Origin: Methylocystis sp.
Lineage (GTDB): Bacteria; Pseudomonadota; Alphaproteobacteria; Rhizobiales; Beijerinckiaceae
Length of the DNA: 64,000 bases
Direction of reading: 5' to 3'
Assembly (NCBI GenBank): GCA_024506175.1
Contig: JAMBEQ010000021.1
Span: forward strand, 8,538 to 72,537
Part shown: in pieces, positions 58,061 through 64,000 of the stretch
How positions within the stretch are numbered: the first letter of the stretch is position 1
How the letters are laid out: the number at the start of each line of letters is the position of its first letter
Made by a program: the position numbers and the translations under genes
Notes under the pieces: model-generated
Databases searched by the model: none
Told to the model about the DNA's origin: nothing
What the model saw: only the letters and a program-made list of their open reading frames with translations

Positions 58061-59101
58061 GTGAAGAAAGCCATTTTCAGCCTTGCCCTCAGCGCCGCAG
58101 TCGCCTGTTCGAGCCTGCCCGCCGACGCCTGCACCCGCATTCTCTACGAGACCGGAACCAAATCTTTCATGATCGGCCGGACCATGGACTGGATGGTCGA
58201 TCCGGGGACCGATCTCTGGTCCTTCCCCAAGGGGATGAAGCGGGACGGCGGCGCAGGGCAGGGGGCGATCAAATGGACCGCCAAGCACGGCTCGGTCGTC
58301 AGCTCTTTTTATAATCTCGCCACGGTCGACGGCATGAATGACGCCGGCCTCGTCGCAAATGTGCTCTATCTGGTCGAAGCGGATTACGGCGACGCCGCCA
58401 AGTCGAAGAAGCCAAAGCTCTCCATCGGGGCCTGGGCGCAATATGCGCTCGACAATTTCGGCACGGTGGCCGAGGCCGTGTCGGCGCTGCAAAAAGAGCC
58501 CTTCGTCCTGATCGCGCCCGATCTGCCCGACGGCAACAAGGCGGGCGCGCATCTCGCGCTTGCCGACGCCTCAGGCGATAGCGCGATCTTCGAGTATCTG
58601 AACGGCAAGCTCGTGATCCATCACGGCGCGCAGTACCGCGTGATGACCAATTCGCCGAGCTACGACCAGCAGCTTGCGGTCGAAACCTATTGGAAGGACG
58701 TGGACGGCGAGAAGTTCCTGCCCGGAACGGCCCGCTCGGCTGACCGTTTTGCGCGCATGAGCTGGAATCTGAACGCCGCCGCCAAGGAGAAAGACCCCCG
58801 GCTCGCGACGGCGACAACCTTCTCACTGATCCGCGCAATCTCCGTGCCGCTGGGCATTGCGGATCCCGAACGCCCGAACATCGCTTCGACCATCTGGCGC
58901 ACGGTGTCCGACTTGGGCGCCAAGCGCTATTATTTCGAGAGCGCCTACAGCCCCTCGATCTTCTGGGTGGACCTCGACCAGCTTAAGCTGGAGCCGGGCG
59001 CAAAGCCGATGAAGCTCGACTTGAGCGGCAAGCCGATTTTATCGGGAGAGGTCTCGGGGAAATTTATGGACGCGGAGGCGTTCAGGTTCCTGTCGAAGTG
59101 A
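58061..59101 (+). CDS. Secreted Ntn-hydrolase, penicillin V acylase/choloylglycine hydrolase family
   Basis: Signal peptide ending ADA followed by nucleophile CTRI; GRTMDW, DGMN.AGL, VMTNSP. Confidence 0.92.
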   Translation: MKKAIFSLALSAAVACSSLPADACTRILYETGTKSFMIGRTMDWMVDPGTDLWSFPKGMKRDGGAGQGAIKWTAKHGSVVSSFYNLATVDGMNDAGLVANVLYLVEADYGDAAKSKKPKLSIGAWAQYALDNFGTVAEAVSALQKEPFVLIAPDLPDGNKAGAHLALADASGDSAIFEYLNGKLVIHHGAQYRVMTNSPSYDQQLAVETYWKDVDGEKFLPGTARSADRFARMSWNLNAAAKEKDPRLATATTFSLIRAISVPLGIADPERPNIASTIWRTVSDLGAKRYYFESAYSPSIFWVDLDQLKLEPGAKPMKLDLSGKPILSGEVSGKFMDAEAFRFLSK

Positions 59102-59114
59102 ACTCGAGCGGCGT

Positions 59115-59140
59115 CCGCTCGCATGAAATCATGCGAGCGG
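59115..59140. terminator. Perfect hairpin after the hydrolase gene
   Basis: CCGCTCGCATGA-aa-TCATGCGAGCGG. Confidence 0.55.
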
Positions 59141-59213
59141 CTTGGAGAAAATCACCTTCTCAAACCGATTTCCGTTCTGGTGCGCCGTCGGCACAAAAAT
59201 ACGGTAGCGCCCA

Positions 59214-60302
59214 ATGGTTAGAATTGCTCAGCTGACCAAATATGGATCGCTTGCCGCCAGTACGAGGCAAAGATTTTGCCAATATGGTTCCTATTTGGCC
59301 GAGGCAGGGTGCGATGCAGAGCCGTGGCCGCTGCTGAACGACGAGTATCTGTCAAGTTTATATTCCGGGAAAGGACGCGACAAGCGCCATATCTTAAGCA
59401 TCTACGTCGACCGCGCTAGGAGAATTTTGAGCTCAAAGAACATCGACCTCCTCTGGGTTCACTGCGAGGTGTTTCCATATCTCCCCAGCATTTTCGAGCC
59501 TCTCGTTCAATTTCAAAAAAAACCGATCATTTTCGACTATGATGACGCAATTTTTCACAATTACGATTTGCATAGAAACCCAATGGTTCGGACGCTGCTC
59601 GGTAAGAAGCTGACAGGCGTTCTTTCAGCAGCCGAGGTTGCGTTCTGCTGAAATAATTACTTAGCGGACTATGCGCGCAAACATTGTCGCTCCACGAAGG
59701 TCGTTCCTACAGTCCTCGATGTCGAAAGATTTTCCCCGAGACGTTCTCCAACGGTCCGGGCTCATGCCCAAATCGGCTGGATCGGCACCCCCAGCACCTG
59801 GGCGGAATACATGGCGCCGATGATGCCCATCTTGGCCTCGGTGTCCGAGGCCGAAGGAGCGCGCATTGCGGCCGTTGGCGCCGGTAAGGCGGCCCCGCCA
59901 CACCCGCTGCTCGATATCCAGCTCTGGTCTGAAGACACCGAAGTCGCGCGACGCCAGGACATGGACATCGGCATTATGCCATTGACCGACACGCCTTGGG
60001 CGCGCGGCAAGTGTGGCTACAAGCTGATCCAATACATGGCCTGCGGCCTTCCGGTCATTGCTTCGCCGGTCGGAGTCAACGCCGAGATTGTCGAGCACGG
60101 TGTGAACGGGTTTCTTGCCACGACCGAGGCGGAATGGCGGGAGGCGCTTGTCACGTTGCTACGTGACCCAGAGCTGCGGCGAAAGATGGGCGCTGAAGGG
60201 CGGCGCAAGGTCGAGGCCCAGTACAGCCTGCAAGTTTGGGGGCCTCGCGTGGCTATGATGCTAAAAGAAGTCGCAGAAAGGGGCAAATTATGCTCTACCT
60301 GA
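59214..60302 (+). pseudogene. GT4 glycosyltransferase with internal opal stop
   Basis: ASTRQRF, FDYDDAIF, then TGA at 59649-59651 within FC*NNYLADYA; the same frame continues to IGWIGTP, GKCGYKLIQYMACGLPVIASPVGVN. Confidence 0.88.
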
Positions 60303-61298
60303 CGACATGTGCAGGGTTGATTTTGCTCCGTTTTACGAAAGCCCAGAGTTTTTACTATATCGTTCTGGTCGCGCTTTTTCTGTTTTCGGCGTTTCGTTTC
60401 AAAGTCGGCTGTGACTGGTCCGGCTATCTCAATCAACGGTTCCTTTTCACGAGATTTTTCGGGAAAAGGAACCGCTGTGGATAGGCCTGTTCGCGCTTCA
60501 GAGCTGGCTTGGGCTGCCGTGGATAAATGTCTTTTCATCGGCTATTTTTTTTCTTGGGGCACACGTCCTGGCGCGACGCCAGCTCGATCCACTGGCTTTT
60601 TTGGTTCTGTTGTTTTCGATCTTAATTATCAACATACCGATGTCAGGCATTCGACAGGCCGCCGCGATTGGCGTCATGTGCATCGCATTCGAATCGACCG
60701 CCGTTTAATGCGCTTTACGGCGCTGACGCTGACTTCAGCTGCTTTCCACTCGAGCGCTATCGTCTTCTTACTTTTAACGCCGCTCGTGCACGGGCGCTAT
60801 TCAAAGAGGCGCCTCGCTCTGTGTGGAATACTCGCCGTGCCAGGCGCTCTCGCGCTCTTGTCGACCAAGGCTGCAGAAGTGGCCACGAGCCGCTACATCG
60901 GGGCGGGGACCGATGCGGCCGGCGCCGCCTTTCGCGTGGCGTTGCTCGTCGTGACGGCAGTCATCTTTTTCTTGTTTTTGCGCAGGAAGTGGGCCGCCGC
61001 TTTCCCGCAAGATTACAAGCTCGCAGCCATCGGCTCGTTCATGATGATCGCGATGATGGTTCTCGTGCCGATCTCATCCGTCATCGGTGACCGCCTTGGC
61101 TATTACTTGATCCCAATTCAAACAGCTGTCTTTACCCGCCTGCCTTATCTTCCGCTTGGAGCCAACCGACAACTTTTCGTAGCGGCGCCCTATCTCGGCC
61201 TTATCGTGGTTTTCGCAGTTTGGACGACATTTTCGGCGCTCTTTCCGAAATGTTATGAGCCTTATAACACTTGGCTTTTCGGATATCCGGAAGGGTGA
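60290..61298 (+). pseudogene. EpsG/Wzy-like polysaccharide polymerase split over three frames
   Basis: Frame A SAFRFKVGCDWSGYLNQ; frame B (from ~60436) EPLWIG...MSGIRQAAAIGVMCIAF; frame C (from 60693) IDRRL...FHSSA...DRLGYYL. Confidence 0.85.
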
Positions 61299-61454
61299 CG
61301 CCGGCGTCCGCGCCTAGCGGAAATAATCAGCAAATCGAGCTCGCCATCCCAAAGCCGGTACTGCGTCGCCTCTCGCGCGATCGAGGCGGCTTTTATCTTC
61401 TTTCCGAAGCGAATAGGCCGTCATCTTTTTGACGGCCCAAACCGGAGACTCAGA

Positions 61455-62570
61455 GTGAAAATCCTGATCACCGCAAATTCCAGTTGGAACGTCCTCCATT
61501 TCCGGCGGCCGATTTTGGATGCTCTCCTTGCGGATGGCCACGAGGTGATTGTTCTGGCGCCCGATGACGGGCACGGCGCCAAGCTTGAATCTCTGGGGTG
61601 TCGTCTCTTTAGGCTGACCATGGATTTGAAAGGACTGTCGCCAGCGCGCGATTCCCAGCTCACTCTTCGCATGGCTCATGCATTTCGAATTTTGAAGCCA
61701 GACATCGTTCTGAGCTACACTATCAAGAACAACATCTACGGGGCAATGGCGGCTCGGGTGTTGGGAGTCCCCTTTATTCCTACCGTGACCGGGCTTGGAA
61801 CAGCCTTCCTATCAGGACCGTTGTTGCAAGCCTTTGTGGAAACCATGTACCGGGTTGCTTTCAGGGCGTCAGCTGCGGTTTTCTTCCAGAACGGAGAGGA
61901 TGAAAAGCTGTTCGTGCGTCGTTCATTGGTCCGGCGTCAACAGGCGCGACTCGTGCCGGGTTCCGGGATCGACCTCGATTATTTTCGGCCCGCTGGGACC
62001 GTTGCTGAGGCGCGGGGTCCGACGTTTCTCATGATCGCCAGGCTGCTTCGTGACAAAGGGGTTTTGGAATATGCAGAGGCGGCCCGGCGCGTGTTGAAGC
62101 GCTGTCCCACCGCAAGGTTTCTCATGGCTGGCCCCATTTCGCCAGAAAACCGCTCGGCTTTGGGTGAGGACGTCATCGAAATTTGGCGGCGCGAGGGCTC
62201 CATCGTTCATATTGGCGAAGCGCGCGATATCAGACCCCATATCGCCGCGGCAGATTGCATCGTCCTCCCGTCCTATCGGGAAGGCGCGCCGAGAACGCTC
62301 ATCGAGGCGTCGGCCATGGGAAAACCCGTGATTGCAACCGATGTCCCGGGCTGTCGGGATGTTGTCGCGGATGGCGTCACGGGAATTCTTTGCAACCCGC
62401 GCGATTCCGAAAGCCTTGCTCAAGCGATGCTGCGCATGACCGCCATGACAAGGGAGCAGCACGCCGCTATGGGCGCCGCAGGACGGGCGCGCATGGCCGC
62501 GTATTATGACCAGCGTCTCGTCGTTGGAGCCTACAAAGCGGCATTGACCGAGGCCGCCTCTCGCCACTAG
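61455..62570 (+). CDS. GT4 glycosyltransferase (CapM-like)
   Basis: SYTIK.NIYG, TVTGLG, FFQN.ED, PGSGID, ARLLRDKGV.EY, VLPSYREG.PR.LIEA.AMGKP. Confidence 0.93.
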   Translation: MKILITANSSWNVLHFRRPILDALLADGHEVIVLAPDDGHGAKLESLGCRLFRLTMDLKGLSPARDSQLTLRMAHAFRILKPDIVLSYTIKNNIYGAMAARVLGVPFIPTVTGLGTAFLSGPLLQAFVETMYRVAFRASAAVFFQNGEDEKLFVRRSLVRRQQARLVPGSGIDLDYFRPAGTVAEARGPTFLMIARLLRDKGVLEYAEAARRVLKRCPTARFLMAGPISPENRSALGEDVIEIWRREGSIVHIGEARDIRPHIAAADCIVLPSYREGAPRTLIEASAMGKPVIATDVPGCRDVVADGVTGILCNPRDSESLAQAMLRMTAMTREQHAAMGAAGRARMAAYYDQRLVVGAYKAALTEAASRH

Positions 62571-62578
62571 AGAGGCGC

Positions 62579-63961
62579 ATGAGGTTCCTCATCGACACGA
62601 CGACGGCGCAGCTTGTCAGGCATGGCAAATTTTCTCGAGTCACGCGCATGCTCGCGTCGGAGTTAGGCGATGGCCGAGGTTTGCTTGTCAATGTGCTTGG
62701 CGGCGATATTGTTCCTGCTCGCGAAAGGCTTTGCGACCCCAGCGAGTTCGTTCCTTTTTGGGTGACGTTGCCCTGGCGATCCCCGGGCGCCATCGAAGAC
62801 ATTCAGCGGGCAGCAAAAGTTATTGCCAAGGTCGTCATCCCGTCTCTAACGGCAAAGCCGATGGTTCAGGAGGCCTTGAATGATCTGACGTGGACCTTTG
62901 CCAAGACCTTCGACTTATTTCCTTCTGGCTTGCGTCGCAGCATTGGTCGGACGCTTGGAATCGAGGCCGAGGGTGAGCGCCGGGAACTTTTTTTTCATTG
63001 GGCGGCCGAACGCGGCTCGGCTTATCGACCGTTTGCAGCGCTCGAAGGCGATGTCGAGCGAGCCATTGCGCCTAAGGACGGCGACACGCTCGTTCTGCCT
63101 GGAGCGAGCTGGGGGCATGTAGATATGAATGCTCTGGGCAGGCTGCGCCGCGCGCAGCGTTTTTCGCTCGTTTGCTTGATTTACGACGTGCTGCCGCTCG
63201 ATTATCCGGCGCTGCTGCCGGTCCATGATTATGTCGCCTATCGTGACTTTCTGACCGGTGTCGGCGAGTATGCCGATCTGATCATCGCGCCGAACGAAAC
63301 CACTCTTTGTCGTTTGGAGGATCTTTTCTTAGAATTAGGAATTTCCCTTCACGGGCGATTACAGCGTCGTTGTCTTGCACATGCAGCCTTGTACGGCGTC
63401 GACGGCGAACTTTCCCCGCGGCTGCAAGATCTCCAGCTCCAACGCAAAGCATTCCTGCTCTGCCCCTCGGGCTTGCGGGCGCGCAAGCACGTTCTCTGGC
63501 TTTACGCCCTTTGCGCGAAGCTTGGAAAGGAACGCGCAGACTTTCCGTTGCTCGTGATTGCGGGGAGGTGCGACCTCGAGCTGATTCAAACTCTGAAAGC
63601 CGATCCGGGATGGGAAAAGGTCGGCGCATTTCTCCTGGATCCCGATGACACTGAATTAGCATGGCTATATCGGCACGCGCTTGCGAGCCTTTACCCATCG
63701 TTTGAGGGGGGGCTGGGCCTTTCCATCACGGAAGCGGTCGGCTATGGGCGGCCGTGCGTCGCAGCCGATGCGGCTACGCTTGTCGAAGCAAGCGCCGGGT
63801 TCGCCGAGCATTTGCCTCGAGACGAGGCGCTTTGGGGCGGCGCTATCACTCGCTTGCTGGACGCAGAGCAGAAAGCCTCGCCGAGCAATCCCACTGAGCG
63901 GCCGCAGACCAGGGGATTGCTTGCCGACATCCGGCTCTATCTGGAGAATTGCGGCTGGTGA
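62579..63961 (+). CDS. GT4 (MtfB/WbaZ-like) glycosyltransferase
   Basis: LIYDVLPL.YP, D.ELAWLY.HA...LYPS..GGLGL.I.EA..YGRP. Confidence 0.8.
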   Translation: MRFLIDTTTAQLVRHGKFSRVTRMLASELGDGRGLLVNVLGGDIVPARERLCDPSEFVPFWVTLPWRSPGAIEDIQRAAKVIAKVVIPSLTAKPMVQEALNDLTWTFAKTFDLFPSGLRRSIGRTLGIEAEGERRELFFHWAAERGSAYRPFAALEGDVERAIAPKDGDTLVLPGASWGHVDMNALGRLRRAQRFSLVCLIYDVLPLDYPALLPVHDYVAYRDFLTGVGEYADLIIAPNETTLCRLEDLFLELGISLHGRLQRRCLAHAALYGVDGELSPRLQDLQLQRKAFLLCPSGLRARKHVLWLYALCAKLGKERADFPLLVIAGRCDLELIQTLKADPGWEKVGAFLLDPDDTELAWLYRHALASLYPSFEGGLGLSITEAVGYGRPCVAADAATLVEASAGFAEHLPRDEALWGGAITRLLDAEQKASPSNPTERPQTRGLLADIRLYLENCGW

Positions 63962-64000
63962 CGCATCAATAGGTTGGCGTCGCCAGAGACCGATTTCTGA

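Noticed and set aside
59649-59651. Selenocysteine recoding of the GT4 TGA
   Set aside because: The position corresponds to Gly, not Cys, and no SECIS-like hairpin is evident right after it

Overview
High-GC alphaproteobacterial (Hyphomicrobiales/Rhizobiales) chromosome segment. Gene content (PEP carboxylase, methylmalonyl-CoA mutase small subunit, tandem phasins, OMP-OprB fusion porin) fits a Methylocystaceae-type methylotroph; this is inference, not a database match. Positions 1-5230 are the AT-richer end of an accessory island abutting the 3' end of tRNA-Thr(GGT). It carries small secreted proteins, an Xis-like HTH plus a disrupted PIN toxin, and an XRE-like HTH; no integrase is in the window. 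Positions 5400-59100 are mostly core genes: cp-ATP-grasp/alpha-E/transglutaminase operon, gpx, TacA-like activator, pepF, obgE-rpmA-rplU, FTR1/cupredoxin, PdhS-like kinase, phasins, aroE, bioB, ppc, GGDEF-EAL, mlaEFD, fdx/fpr/PPTase. They include a self-contained ACP-KS-DH-DH-KR-GT21-GT2 lipid cluster and a decayed MNT-HEPN module. Positions 59200-64000 are a polysaccharide cluster whose first two genes are broken. Most notable: (1) a secreted low-complexity protein whose C-terminal 35 codons AND a non-coding 3' motif recur 22 kb away; (2) the orphan glycolipid cluster; (3) a transglutaminase lacking its catalytic Cys in an operon with no adjacent Anbu peptidase. All family assignments come from motif recognition by eye; no searches were run.
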